From the NCBI GenBank assembly GCA_038109055.1, contig JAYNIM010000002.1, forward strand, positions 136,002 through 200,001: 64,000 nucleotides of DNA. The letters are read 5' to 3'. Position numbers and translations under genes: made by a program. Under the pieces are notes generated by a model, which was not told the origin of the DNA, ran no database searches, and saw nothing but the letters and a program-made list of their open reading frames with translations. Of the stretch, positions 29,411 to 39,985 are shown in pieces. The DNA comes from a bacterium. GTDB taxonomy: Bacteria > Margulisbacteria > Marinamargulisbacteria > GCA-2716485 > JAYNIM01. Within the stretch, counting starts at the first letter, position 1; every line of letters begins with the position of its first letter.

Positions 29411-30538
29411 CTGATAGCCCCCAAAATAGCTTTATCTCTCTATATACACATTCCATTTTGTCATAAAAAATGTCCATATTGTGCATTTTATAAAGAACAT
29501 CACTCCCCACAGCTTGATGCTTCTTTTTCCTCTGCATTATGTAAAGAAATAAACAGTTATCGTCCCTACAATATCCATCTCAAAAGTATCTTTTTTGGTG
29601 GGGGAACTCCCTCTAAGCTATCCCCGCAATCTTTATCAAAAATAATGACCCACATCAACCAAACATTTAAACAAAACAAAAACATTGAACGTACCCTCGA
29701 ATGTAATCCAGAAGACATCACAAAACAATCCCTGTCTTTTTTCAAATCCATCGGCATAAATCGCTTAAGCCTAGGTATTCAAAGCTTTAATCAAAAAGAA
29801 CTATCTTTTCTAGGAAGAACTCATTCCCCCAAACAACTTCATCACGCCTTACAGCTAATAAAAGAGGGTCCTATCAAAAATATAAACCTCGACCTCATAT
29901 ACGGACTACCTTTATCAACATTAGAAGAATTAACCTATTCTCTAGAACAAGCATTAAAATATAATCCCTCTCATCTCTCTACATATTCACTGTCAATAGA
30001 AAACGGCACACCTTTCGAAAAGCAAAAAATCATGCCCTTACAAGGAGATCTTGAGGCCTCTCACTACCAATACATCATCCAAACATTAGAATCAAAAAAT
30101 TATCAACATTACGAAATATCTGCATTTGCTAAAGAAAAAAGACAATGTCTACATAACCTAAGCTATTGGCGCTTCGAACCCTATATAGGACTAGGTCCTT
30201 CGGCACACTCATTTATATTTCCTTATCGATTCAGCAATCCCAGCAATATAGAAACGTATCTTAAAAAACCCACTCCCCGTTGGCAACAAAAACCCCTTAA
30301 CCCAAGTACCAAAAAAGAACTTACCTTAGAATTTTTTTGTAGCACATTACGTCTAAAAGAAGGCATTGATTTAAATACCTACAAACACATATTCAACACA
30401 ACTATCCCAACGTTTCAACAAAAACAAATAAATAAATTAATAGAACAAAAGCTATTAAGAACACAAAATGAACATATTTACTGTACAAAAAAAGGGAGAA
30501 TGCTACTTAACGAAATTTTATTAACTCTCACACAATAA
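29411..30538 (+). CDS. hemW: Radical SAM heme chaperone HemW (HemN-like); true start lies upstream of the track ORF
   Basis: Frame is open from 29402 and contains LYIHIPFCHKKCPYCAF and FFGGGTPS before the ATG at 29645; C-terminal HNLSYW motif. Confidence 0.9.
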   Translation: MIAPKIALSLYIHIPFCHKKCPYCAFYKEHHSPQLDASFSSALCKEINSYRPYNIHLKSIFFGGGTPSKLSPQSLSKIMTHINQTFKQNKNIERTLECNPEDITKQSLSFFKSIGINRLSLGIQSFNQKELSFLGRTHSPKQLHHALQLIKEGPIKNINLDLIYGLPLSTLEELTYSLEQALKYNPSHLSTYSLSIENGTPFEKQKIMPLQGDLEASHYQYIIQTLESKNYQHYEISAFAKEKRQCLHNLSYWRFEPYIGLGPSAHSFIFPYRFSNPSNIETYLKKPTPRWQQKPLNPSTKKELTLEFFCSTLRLKEGIDLNTYKHIFNTTIPTFQQKQINKLIEQKLLRTQNEHIYCTKKGRMLLNEILLTLTQ

Positions 30539-30543
30539 TAAAA

Positions 30544-32526
30544 TTATATCAACGTAGAACTATCCAACCCTTTAGCGCCATACTCAACCCGAATATCAGC
30601 ACCTTTCTCATTTAAATTAAGTACTTTTTTCAACTTAGATCCCGGTTTTTCGCCCACAATAAGCATCGTTAATTGTTTAGAAACTTGCGTCACCACTCTA
30701 CCCCCAAGTAATTCAATTTTTTGTTTTACATCTTCTCGACTCATCCCTTCTAAAACACCTGTCACTAGTACCACCTGCCCTGTCAATGGGCCAGAAACAC
30801 ACTCTTTTTTATAAGGTATCGGCATACCCAACGAATCAAAAACAGCAATCATTTCAATAAACGCAGGTTGGCAAAATAAATGTCTCATCGCCTCTACCAT
30901 TTTATCTCCTATCCCAGGCACAGCTAATAAAGCCTCTCTATCAGCCACCATTAAAGACTGCATAGACCCAAATGCTTCTGCCAATAACAAAGCTGATTGC
31001 TGCCCCACAAAAGGTATCCCTAGCCCAAACAAAAATGCCGAAAAAGGTCGCATTTTACTCGCGTCAATCGCCTCAAGCAACGCATGAGCAGATTTTTCAG
31101 CAATCCCATCCAACTCCATCAAATCGTCCAATGTTAAAAAATAACAATCCACAAGGCGCCGCACTTTCTTAGCATCAACCAATTGCGACACTATCTGCTC
31201 CCCTAACCCATCAATATTCATCGCCTTTCTCATCACAAAATGCTTCAACTGAGCCTTAATCTTGTCTGTACACGCCTGATTGGTACAACGAAACGCAACC
31301 AAAACAGTATCTTTAACAATAGGTACTCCACAACATGGACACACTTTTGGCATCACAAAACACCGTCCATCTCTCCCTTTCTCAAGTACCCCCAAAATCT
31401 TAGGAATTACTTCTCCAGCACGTTGAATCAAGACCTTATCACCAATAGCAATCCCTAATCGTTCAATCTCTGCAAAATTATGCAAGGTTGCTCGCTGTAC
31501 CGTAACCCCAGACAACATAACAGCCTTCAAACATGCAACCGGCGTTAAAACACCGGTACGTCCGACTTGTACAACAATGTCTTCAACAACCGTCATCGCC
31601 TGCTCATCTGCAAATTTATAAGCCACAGCCCAGCGCGGTGATTTCGCTGTATGGCCCAACTGTGTTTGAACAGTTACGTCATTCACCTTAACAACAGCCC
31701 CATCAATATCAAAGTCAAAATGAGTTTTATTGTCAGACAACTGTAAGCAACACTGAAAAATATCTTCCACAGTTCTAGCACAAAAACATGGCGAAATCAC
31801 AGAAAATCCCAACCGTTTCAACAATGTCAAACAATCTGTTTCAAAACCTAAACTGGACGAAACAATAGAGTAAACAAATACATCTAAGCCTCTTTTTGCA
31901 GCCACCGCCGGATCCATCTGACGTACTGCACCAGCTGCAGCATGACGTGGAGTCGCAAATTGCCCTTCAAAGGATCGAAAAACCGATTTCTTCACATACA
32001 CTTCCCCCCGAACTTCAATATCAACCGCCTCTGACAAAATCAACGGCAATGAACGAATAGTTTTAATAGTATGAGTAACATCCTCACCAATACGCCCATC
32101 ACCGCGAGTAGCCGCTTTAACAAAGACCCCTTTTTCATACACAATCGTCACTGCCAACCCATCAATTTTAGGCTGAACAACACAGTCAATCTCAGCCAAA
32201 TTACACGCTTTATAAACACGCCCCAAAAAATCAGAAAGTTGCTCATAAGAAAAAACATTTGATAACGAAAGCATCACAACAGAGTGTCTTACTTTAGAAA
32301 AATCAGATGAAACCTCATTGCCAACACGCTGAGTAGGAGAAACAGACGAGACCATCAACGGATGTTTAATTTCAAACGCCAACAAACGCTGATAATGATA
32401 ATCATATATCTCATCCGAAACCAAGGGATCATCTAACACATAATAAGCATGTGCATAACGAGTCACTAATCGTAGCAACTCTAAATATGACGCTTCTGAA
32501 ACTATTTCAGCACTGTCGTCAGCCAT
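30544..32526 (-). CDS. ligA: NAD-dependent DNA ligase
   Basis: PKIDGLA, TRGDG, EVRGE, PRWAVAYKF, zinc finger, BRCT. Confidence 0.98.
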   Translation of the reverse strand: MADDSAEIVSEASYLELLRLVTRYAHAYYVLDDPLVSDEIYDYHYQRLLAFEIKHPLMVSSVSPTQRVGNEVSSDFSKVRHSVVMLSLSNVFSYEQLSDFLGRVYKACNLAEIDCVVQPKIDGLAVTIVYEKGVFVKAATRGDGRIGEDVTHTIKTIRSLPLILSEAVDIEVRGEVYVKKSVFRSFEGQFATPRHAAAGAVRQMDPAVAAKRGLDVFVYSIVSSSLGFETDCLTLLKRLGFSVISPCFCARTVEDIFQCCLQLSDNKTHFDFDIDGAVVKVNDVTVQTQLGHTAKSPRWAVAYKFADEQAMTVVEDIVVQVGRTGVLTPVACLKAVMLSGVTVQRATLHNFAEIERLGIAIGDKVLIQRAGEVIPKILGVLEKGRDGRCFVMPKVCPCCGVPIVKDTVLVAFRCTNQACTDKIKAQLKHFVMRKAMNIDGLGEQIVSQLVDAKKVRRLVDCYFLTLDDLMELDGIAEKSAHALLEAIDASKMRPFSAFLFGLGIPFVGQQSALLLAEAFGSMQSLMVADREALLAVPGIGDKMVEAMRHLFCQPAFIEMIAVFDSLGMPIPYKKECVSGPLTGQVVLVTGVLEGMSREDVKQKIELLGGRVVTQVSKQLTMLIVGEKPGSKLKKVLNLNEKGADIRVEYGAKGLDSSTLI

Positions 32527-33332
32527 AGCGTAAAAAACTTAATATAGGTCATAAAAGGTAATAAAAAAAGTTGTGCCAAAATCAAGGTCCCAACAAGTTT
32601 TCCCATCTGTAGAAAAAAAACGACCGATCGAACATCATCAATAGATCTCTGTCCTCGAGAAGCTTGATCCGTGACACGAGCACCTGCTGGATCTACAAAA
32701 ATAGTAAATAATATTGTCGCCATGCCGTTCACTATGCCAGACAACTGCAAGGCTGTAGATCGAAATTCTGGCAAATACGCCCCTGCCAACAAGGCACATA
32801 AAACACCAATACAATATATTGATGTCACAAAACAATTAATCAACAAAAACTGTTTAGGGATTCTACTCCAAGACAGTCCTTTACACATAGAAAAAGAAGG
32901 CAATTTAAACATAGTCACTATCATCAAAATACGTGACGGATGCATGGCATAAAAAAAAACTTTAGGTACAGACCCCAAAACAGAAAAATGATTTATCGCC
33001 TTCACAAACAATTGCACCACCGTAGGCGTCATAAACGCTCCCATTACAACCCCCAGAAAAGCCGAAAAAATAACCAACCTAAACGACCATTCCAACTGCA
33101 GCAAAGCAGGTTGACTTCCATCTATAATAGCAAAATCAACCATGGCTCCTAATAAAGGGGCCTGAAACATATTCGATAAACGAGACACTAACAGCGTACT
33201 CGTTACAAACGACAAAGCAATGGCAATAAATCCCGTACGGACACCCGCCAATCTTAATGAATAAGCTAACGACTCAGTCATATGAATCACAAATGTAAAT
33301 AAACAAACTAAGAATAATGACGATTGGATCAC
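32502..33332 (-). CDS. amj: Lipid II flippase Amj family (DUF2837)
   Basis: LAYSLRLAGVRT, SRLSNMFQAP, LSGIVNGMATILFTIFVDP, GTLILAQ. Confidence 0.88.
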   Translation of the reverse strand: MIQSSLFLVCLFTFVIHMTESLAYSLRLAGVRTGFIAIALSFVTSTLLVSRLSNMFQAPLLGAMVDFAIIDGSQPALLQLEWSFRLVIFSAFLGVVMGAFMTPTVVQLFVKAINHFSVLGSVPKVFFYAMHPSRILMIVTMFKLPSFSMCKGLSWSRIPKQFLLINCFVTSIYCIGVLCALLAGAYLPEFRSTALQLSGIVNGMATILFTIFVDPAGARVTDQASRGQRSIDDVRSVVFFLQMGKLVGTLILAQLFLLPFMTYIKFFTLWLTTVLK

Positions 33333-33536
33333 AAAAATAGAATACCCAAGTCAATCAATATTTGTCTATAAAGAAACTCTAATGCAAATCAAATAAAATC
33401 ACCCCCATTTAAAGACACTTCAACAAAACCACTCCCATCTAACAGACTAAACAAGAAAAGAATGAATTTAAGAAATCCTAATACCCCACCAGAAGGTGGC
33501 ATTCAAACAAACAATAGCGTATAATAGTAGACTACT

Positions 33537-33755
33537 ATGACAATACTGTTATTAATAATAGAATTAATTACTGCCATAGGGGCCATCATTACAATCTTAC
33601 TTCACAGCGCAAAAGGAGAAGGGTTGGGCGGCATTGGCGGTCAAGCAAGATTATTTCATACCCAAAAAGATTTAGAAAAAAACCTAACAAAATTAACCAG
33701 CTTTTTTACCATAACATTCATTCTATCTGCCATTATTTTAAGTATGCGATTATAA
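33537..33755 (+). CDS. secG: Preprotein translocase SecG
   Basis: ILLHSAKGEGLGGIGG between two TM helices. Confidence 0.93.
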   Translation: MTILLLIIELITAIGAIITILLHSAKGEGLGGIGGQARLFHTQKDLEKNLTKLTSFFTITFILSAIILSMRL

Positions 33756-33756
33756 A

Positions 33757-35553
33757 ATGCTCAAAAAGCTATTACTAATCATTGCAAGCATATTAGTTAT
33801 CCAACTAAGCATCCAAGCAAATGAGCGTAAACTTCTCAACTTAAATACGCTAATAGAAAATGTACAAATTACGTCAAAAGAAAGGCCCACAAAAAACGTT
33901 ACTTCACAAAAATGGGAAACAATAGATGAAATTATTATTTCTGGAAATTTAAGTACCAACAAAACAAAAATAAAAAATGCCCTATTAATCAGGCAAAATG
34001 ATCTTATTAACCCAATTAAAATCACTCGTTCAATAAAAAATTTACGTTCTAACGGAGAATTCAAAGACGTCAGTTACCACATTAAAAAAACAGAAAAAGG
34101 AAATACCCTAATCATTACAATTGAAGAAAACCCAGTAGTAACGAACGTACAATTCATAGGAAATACTGTCTATTCAAAAGAAAAATTACACCGTTTATGC
34201 CCCATACAAATAAACAAAATAAAAAATCAAAAGGATATACGAACCGCTATCCAAAATATTGTCAATGAATATAAAAAAGACGGCTATATCAAAGCTAAAA
34301 TATATAATATAAAAACACCTACAGACAAAAAAGGGCCTGTCATTTTTTACTTATCCGAAGGAATCATAGAAAGCGTCACAATCTCAGGAAACACTCGAAC
34401 CAGAGATTATGTGATTTTAAGAGAATTAAACCTAACTCCAGGCACGCCATTAAAAAGTGATATTTTAGAAAAAAATCTATCTCAAATTTACAATTTAAAT
34501 TATTTTGAAGAAATACTTCCCGATATTCAACCAGGAAAAAAACAAAATGAGTATAAACTACTAATAAAATTAAAAGAAAAAGAATCTCAAGGATCTATAA
34601 GCGCAGGAGCAGGCTATGGAGAGGATAGTGGCTTTAATTTATTCTCTGATTTATTTTGGGAAAATATTTTAGGCACAGGTCAGCAAGTCATGTTAAAAGG
34701 AACGCTTGCATTCGGAAAAGGGTCAAGCAACAGTGGCTATAACAGCTTTCAATTCAAATATCACAATCCTTGGGCCTGGAATAAACGCAAATCATTCACA
34801 TTTAGAACTTGGTTAAAACGGGGTGATTTAAATTTAGGCCCCTTTGGTAATAACAGCCAAATATCCTATAGAAATGAAACAAGAAAAGGCTATGATATCA
34901 CCATTGGTTGGCCACAAAAATATGATTTTTACTCAAACCATCGTATAAAATATGAAAATATATACGTCACTGATTTAGCAAAACAATATGAGCTATTTAG
35001 CTATACCTACATATTAAATTTAAATAGAAGAAATCAAAATATAAACACAACAAAAGGGTATTATCACACATTATCCATAGAAAAATCTTTACCTTTAAAT
35101 CCAGCATTAATTCAATACACAAAAACAGAAGCAACCTTTAGAAATTTTTATCCTGTATTTAAAAAACAAGTAATCGCAACAAAGCTAAATTTTGGCATCA
35201 TCAACAGCCCAGACATAAGAAATGAAGAAATTTACGGATCAGAGTGGTACTACATTGGAGGCAGTAACACGGTTAGAGGATATGATGAATTAAGCCCTTT
35301 CGCAAAAGGAAACAAAAAAGTCATTGCAAACATGGAGTATCGGATAATTTTTACACCAAAATTTCAATTTATACTTTTTGTTGACATTGGCTACGCAACA
35401 TTAGACAATATATATGAATATAATAGATATAAAATAGGTAAAGGCGCTGGCATAAGATTAAATATCCCCCCTTTGGGGCCCATACGTTTAGACCTTGGGT
35501 TTGACGAAAATAATAAATCCCACTTTCATTTCAACGTGGGACACACTTTTTAG
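33757..35553 (+). CDS. bamA: BamA/Omp85 outer-membrane assembly factor (about 3 POTRA domains)
   Basis: GNTRTRDYVILREL, IGGSNTVRGY, GPIRLDLG, terminal HFNVGHTF. Confidence 0.92.
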   Translation: MLKKLLLIIASILVIQLSIQANERKLLNLNTLIENVQITSKERPTKNVTSQKWETIDEIIISGNLSTNKTKIKNALLIRQNDLINPIKITRSIKNLRSNGEFKDVSYHIKKTEKGNTLIITIEENPVVTNVQFIGNTVYSKEKLHRLCPIQINKIKNQKDIRTAIQNIVNEYKKDGYIKAKIYNIKTPTDKKGPVIFYLSEGIIESVTISGNTRTRDYVILRELNLTPGTPLKSDILEKNLSQIYNLNYFEEILPDIQPGKKQNEYKLLIKLKEKESQGSISAGAGYGEDSGFNLFSDLFWENILGTGQQVMLKGTLAFGKGSSNSGYNSFQFKYHNPWAWNKRKSFTFRTWLKRGDLNLGPFGNNSQISYRNETRKGYDITIGWPQKYDFYSNHRIKYENIYVTDLAKQYELFSYTYILNLNRRNQNINTTKGYYHTLSIEKSLPLNPALIQYTKTEATFRNFYPVFKKQVIATKLNFGIINSPDIRNEEIYGSEWYYIGGSNTVRGYDELSPFAKGNKKVIANMEYRIIFTPKFQFILFVDIGYATLDNIYEYNRYKIGKGAGIRLNIPPLGPIRLDLGFDENNKSHFHFNVGHTF

Positions 35554-35562
35554 AGGTAAAAA

Positions 35563-36012
35563 ATGAAAAAAAAATTATTAATAACATTATTTATATACAC
35601 ACTTTGCTTTGGAAATATATTTGCAGAATCAATTGGCTACATAAATATGGAAGTAATCCTTAGAGAATACAAAGAAGTAACAAAGTTTCAAGAAAGTTTG
35701 AAGAAAAAAGCCCAAGCCTATCAAAAGAATTTTGAGGAAAAACAAAAAAAATTAGAAAAAGCAAAAAACAAAGGGAAGAGTGACGAAGAGATTCAAAAGT
35801 TAATCAGCAAGATTGAAGAAGAACTTTACCCTCAAAAGCAAGAGATAATAACATTAGAAGCAGCCTTTAAAAATAGACTCATTGGAGAAGTAACAAGCAC
35901 AGCTAAAATAATTGCCAAAAATTACGGTGTTGACGTTGTTCTAGATAAAAACGCAGTTTTATCTGGTGGCTTTGATTTAACACAATTTACATTAAACAAA
36001 TTAAATGAATAA
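35563..36012 (+). CDS. skp: OmpH/Skp chaperone
   Basis: IGYINM, coiled coil, VVLDKNAVLSGGFDLT; follows bamA. Confidence 0.88.
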   Translation: MKKKLLITLFIYTLCFGNIFAESIGYINMEVILREYKEVTKFQESLKKKAQAYQKNFEEKQKKLEKAKNKGKSDEEIQKLISKIEEELYPQKQEIITLEAAFKNRLIGEVTSTAKIIAKNYGVDVVLDKNAVLSGGFDLTQFTLNKLNE

Positions 36013-36676
36013 ACAATCAATTCCAAAAGTATTTATATATTCATTTATCTCCCTCATACTTACTATTCAACCATTACTATCAACAACCAATTTCAACGGG
36101 GCAACAGGCCTAATTTTTATCCCCACAGCTGAAGCTTTAAATTACAAGGAATGCAATTATGGTTTGGATTATTCATTAGCTAAAGATAAAGATAACCTCA
36201 ACTATAAATACAAAGTAAATATGGGTATTTATGAAAATATAGAACTAGGGTTTTCTGGAGGAAAATACCCATCTGAAGGTGTTTATGTAAATACAAAATA
36301 TTATCTAATGTCTACGGAAGAACGCTTTCCTTTAAAGATTGCCATAGGCGTTGAGAACTTAACCGCAAAAGACCATACAAGCGTATATACTGTGTTTTCA
36401 AAGCGATTAAATCCAGAAACATCCGGACATTTTGGTTTTAATGCAAAATTTGACGATGAAATCACACCAGGCATTCTGGCCGGCTTAACCTTCTATTTAA
36501 CAGAGATAGTGGAAATTCTCGCTGATATTAGCGGTGAAGGGCAAACTTATACCGCAAATGTGGGTGCACGATTATATTACAGCGACTATGGAACCTTTCA
36601 AATTGCATTATCAAATATTTTCAATTTAACAGAACCTAGTCTCATATTAGGAATTACCCAAAGAAATTTCTTATAA
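36005..36676 (+). CDS. Small outer-membrane beta-barrel (YjbH-like)
   Basis: GATGLIFIPTAEAL motif after signal peptide. Confidence 0.65.
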   Translation: MNKQSIPKVFIYSFISLILTIQPLLSTTNFNGATGLIFIPTAEALNYKECNYGLDYSLAKDKDNLNYKYKVNMGIYENIELGFSGGKYPSEGVYVNTKYYLMSTEERFPLKIAIGVENLTAKDHTSVYTVFSKRLNPETSGHFGFNAKFDDEITPGILAGLTFYLTEIVEILADISGEGQTYTANVGARLYYSDYGTFQIALSNIFNLTEPSLILGITQRNFL

Positions 36677-36682
36677 AACAAC

Positions 36683-37156
36683 ATGAACCTTAAACTAGAA
36701 ATAATTATAAAATTAGAAAATGATGTATACACAATTACTACTCCATCATTTCCAAATTGTTCAGGGGAACATGAAACAATTGATGGCGCCTTAAAAAAAT
36801 TGAACACATCCATAACAAAACAAATAAGCAATAACTTCTCAGAAATATTGAAAGATGCACTAGATAAAAAAAACTATACAGAGATAATTACGAGCACTAA
36901 AAAAAGAACAAATTTTGAGCATAGAGTATATGATTTATTACAGAAAAAGTCGCCTTTCAATAAGGAAATAATATATAAACATGAAACATCTGAAAGTACC
37001 TTAGGACAAATAGATTTTTTCAATATACTACACAACGAGCCACGTCCCATATCAGACGCAAATACGGTCTATACAAACGAAGAAAATAGCGATACAACTG
37101 AAAAAGATACATTTATAGAAAAAAAAGTATTTCTATACCCACTTTCACTTAATTAA
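36683..37156 (+). CDS. Hypothetical protein with HicB-like N-terminus
   Basis: YTITTPSFPNCSGEHETIDGALKKL. Confidence 0.55.
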   Translation: MNLKLEIIIKLENDVYTITTPSFPNCSGEHETIDGALKKLNTSITKQISNNFSEILKDALDKKNYTEIITSTKKRTNFEHRVYDLLQKKSPFNKEIIYKHETSESTLGQIDFFNILHNEPRPISDANTVYTNEENSDTTEKDTFIEKKVFLYPLSLN

Positions 37157-37161
37157 TCAAG

Positions 37162-38883
37162 ATGACAAGCCACTTAGAAAAAATTAGACACAGTGCAGCT
37201 CATGTTTTAGCCCAAGCTGTTTTAAAACTGTACCCAGATGCAAAATTAGGAATAGGCCCAACCATTGAAATGGGATTTTATTATGACTTCGATATAGATA
37301 TAAAAATTACAGAAAAAGACTTACCCAAGATAGAAGAAGAAATGCATAGAATATGCAAAGAAGCTCAAGAGTTCAATCACTACACAAAAACAAAAGAACA
37401 GGCTTTAGCATTAACAAAACATCTAAATCAACCCTACAAACAACTATTAATAGAAGAATTAAACCTAAAAGAATATTCATTTTATGAAAATGGACCATTT
37501 GTTGATTTATGTAAAGGACCTCATATACACAACACAAAAGAAATAAAACATCTAAAATTATTAAAAGTTGCAGGTGCATACTGGCGTGGCTCTGAAAAAA
37601 ACACGATGCTTCAAAGAATATATGGCACTGCCTTCGAAAACAAAGAAGAATTAAAAAAACATTTAGTAAATATAGAAGAAGCCAAAAAAAGAGACCATCG
37701 ACATTTAGGAAAACAATTAGACTTATTTAGCTTTAATGAATCCATAGGAAGCGGACTTGTACTATGGCACCCAAAAGGGACGCAATTATGCGAAACTATT
37801 GAACAAAAATGGAAAGAAGATCACAAAAACGAAGACTATGAGTTTATAAAAACACCCCATGTAGGAAAAGCATGTTTATGGGAAACAAGTGGACATTTAG
37901 ATTTTTACAAAGAAAGTATGTATGGCAGCAGTATAATTGAAGAACAAGAACACTACATAAAACCAATGAACTGTCCATTTCATATTATGATATACAAAAA
38001 CAAAAATCATTCCTACAAAGAATTACCAGTGAAGTATGCTGAACTTGGTACAGTCTATAGAAATGAACGATCTGGGGTACTTCATGGCTTATTAAGAGCA
38101 CGCGGATTTACGCAAGATGATGCCCATATTATTTGTAGAAAAACTCAAATAGACATTGAAATAAAAAAAGTTTTAAAGCTATGTTTAACGACACTAAATC
38201 GTTACAACTTCAAAAACATAGAAGCATTTTTATCTACAAAACCAAGTGAAAAGTTTGTAGGTAAAAATAATGAATGGAAAGAAGCCGAAAACGCCCTAAA
38301 AAAAGCCCTAGAAAGTGAAAAAGTGCCATATAAAGTCGACAAAGGCGGAGGTGCTTTTTATGGACCAAAGATAGATTTAAAAATAAAAGACGCAATAGGA
38401 AGAACATGGCAATGTTCAACAATACAATTCGATTTTAATTTACCTACCCGTTTTGAATTAACCTACATAAATGAAAAAGGGATTAAGGAAACTCCTTACA
38501 TGATCCATAGGGCAATCTTTGGCTCTGTAGAACGTTTTATAGGTATATTAATCGAACATTACAACGGAGAATTCCCCTTTTGGCTAGCCCCAATTCAAGT
38601 ACAAATATTAAATATAAGCACTGACTGTATACCCTATTGTAAAAAAATAGAATCTATCTTAAAACAACACAATATTAGGGTTAAAACTGATCTTAGAGAA
38701 GAAAAAATATCAAAGAAAATAAAAAAAGCGATAGAAGAAAAAACCCCATATATGTTTATTATCGGCCAAAATGAGGTAATAAATGAGAAAGTAACTATAA
38801 GAACAAAGAAAGAAATATCAGAAATTACCTCGCTAAAAGAGTTCATCAAAGAAAGTAAAAACTTTGACAAAGAAAAGAATTAA
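37162..38883 (+). CDS. thrS: Threonyl-tRNA synthetase (no TGS domain)
   Basis: RHSAAH, DLCKGPH, KPMNCPFH, GAFYGPKID, MIHRAIFGS. Confidence 0.99.
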   Translation: MTSHLEKIRHSAAHVLAQAVLKLYPDAKLGIGPTIEMGFYYDFDIDIKITEKDLPKIEEEMHRICKEAQEFNHYTKTKEQALALTKHLNQPYKQLLIEELNLKEYSFYENGPFVDLCKGPHIHNTKEIKHLKLLKVAGAYWRGSEKNTMLQRIYGTAFENKEELKKHLVNIEEAKKRDHRHLGKQLDLFSFNESIGSGLVLWHPKGTQLCETIEQKWKEDHKNEDYEFIKTPHVGKACLWETSGHLDFYKESMYGSSIIEEQEHYIKPMNCPFHIMIYKNKNHSYKELPVKYAELGTVYRNERSGVLHGLLRARGFTQDDAHIICRKTQIDIEIKKVLKLCLTTLNRYNFKNIEAFLSTKPSEKFVGKNNEWKEAENALKKALESEKVPYKVDKGGGAFYGPKIDLKIKDAIGRTWQCSTIQFDFNLPTRFELTYINEKGIKETPYMIHRAIFGSVERFIGILIEHYNGEFPFWLAPIQVQILNISTDCIPYCKKIESILKQHNIRVKTDLREEKISKKIKKAIEEKTPYMFIIGQNEVINEKVTIRTKKEISEITSLKEFIKESKNFDKEKN

Positions 38884-38892
38884 TGATAATTT
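38864..38892 (+). promoter_or_regulatory. Putative sigma70 promoter of infC-rpmI-rplT
   Basis: TTGACA-17 nt-TAATTT with TG extended -10. Confidence 0.5.
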
Positions 38893-38923
38893 CAAATTTC
38901 ATTATTTTTAAGGAGTCAATTTT

Positions 38924-39418
38924 ATAAAAAATTTTATTTTAAATAATCGTATAAAGGCAAAAGAAGTTCGTCTTATAGATGAAAAAGGAAAACAACTAGG
39001 AATTGTGCCAATAAGCGAAGCAAGAGAACTAGCAAACGAAAGAGAATTAGATTTATTACTAGTAACAGAAAATACAACACCTCCTGTATGCAAAATTATA
39101 AATATAGGCGAATACAAATATCATCAAAAGAAAAAGGAAAAAAATAATAAAACAACAAACATAATAAAAGAACTTAAAATGCGGCCCAGCATTTCGACAA
39201 ATGACTTCAAAGTCCGTGTGGAAAAAGCAAAGGGTTTTCTTAAAAAAAAATTTAAGGTAAAATTAACTGTCTTTTTTAAAGGAAGAGAAATTGTTCATCA
39301 AGACCTAGGTCACAAAATACTAGAAAAATTTATAGAAGAAACAAAAGAATACGGAGTAAAAATAGATAATACAAATAAAAAAGGTAGATTTTTAATAACA
39401 ATAATAAACCCAAAATGA
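38924..39418 (+). CDS. infC: Translation initiation factor IF-3 (ATA start)
   Basis: AGGAG at 38911 then in-frame ATA 8 nt later; [26 protein letters not shown]. Confidence 0.95.
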   Translation: MKNFILNNRIKAKEVRLIDEKGKQLGIVPISEARELANERELDLLLVTENTTPPVCKIINIGEYKYHQKKKEKNNKTTNIIKELKMRPSISTNDFKVRVEKAKGFLKKKFKVKLTVFFKGREIVHQDLGHKILEKFIEETKEYGVKIDNTNKKGRFLITIINPK

Positions 39419-39627
39419 AAAACAAAATTAAAACAAAAAAATCAGCTCTAAAAAGAATCAAAATTTCAGGGAAAGGCAAACTAACTCGCTATAAAGCTGG
39501 AATGCGCCATTTACTGGAACATAAAAATAGTAACAAAAAGAGAAAACAGCGTTTAAAACAAAATGATGTTTCAATATCAAAAGCAGATGAACCAAGAATA
39601 AAAAAAATGTTAGGACAAATTAAATAA
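39415..39627 (+). CDS. rpmI: 50S ribosomal protein L35
   Basis: [19 protein letters not shown]...HLLEHK; synteny. Confidence 0.95.
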   Translation: MKNKIKTKKSALKRIKISGKGKLTRYKAGMRHLLEHKNSNKKRKQRLKQNDVSISKADEPRIKKMLGQIK

Positions 39628-39628
39628 A

Positions 39629-39976
39629 ATGACCAGAGTAAAGAGAGGCAATGTAGCCAGAAAAAGAAGAAAGAAAATATTAAAACGTTGCTCAGGATTC
39701 AGAGCAGCATTATCCAAGCTATATAGACCCGCACATCAAGCATACATTCATGCAATGAGCTACAAATATCGTGATAGACGTAATAAAAAACGTGCATTTC
39801 GAAAGCTATGGATCTCTCGACTAAATGCTAGTCTAGAAACATATAAAATGAAATACAATCATTTTATCTATCAGTTATCAACTAAAAAAGTAATTTTAAA
39901 TAGAAAAACACTAAGCGAATTAGCGATTACAGAACCTAAATCATTCCAAGAAATTATAAATTTTATTAAGAAATAG
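39629..39976 (+). CDS. rplT: 50S ribosomal protein L20
   Basis: MTRVKRG, YRDRRNKKRAFRKLWISR, LNRKTLSELA. Confidence 0.98.
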   Translation: MTRVKRGNVARKRRKKILKRCSGFRAALSKLYRPAHQAYIHAMSYKYRDRRNKKRAFRKLWISRLNASLETYKMKYNHFIYQLSTKKVILNRKTLSELAITEPKSFQEIINFIKK

Positions 39977-39985
39977 GGAGTCAAA

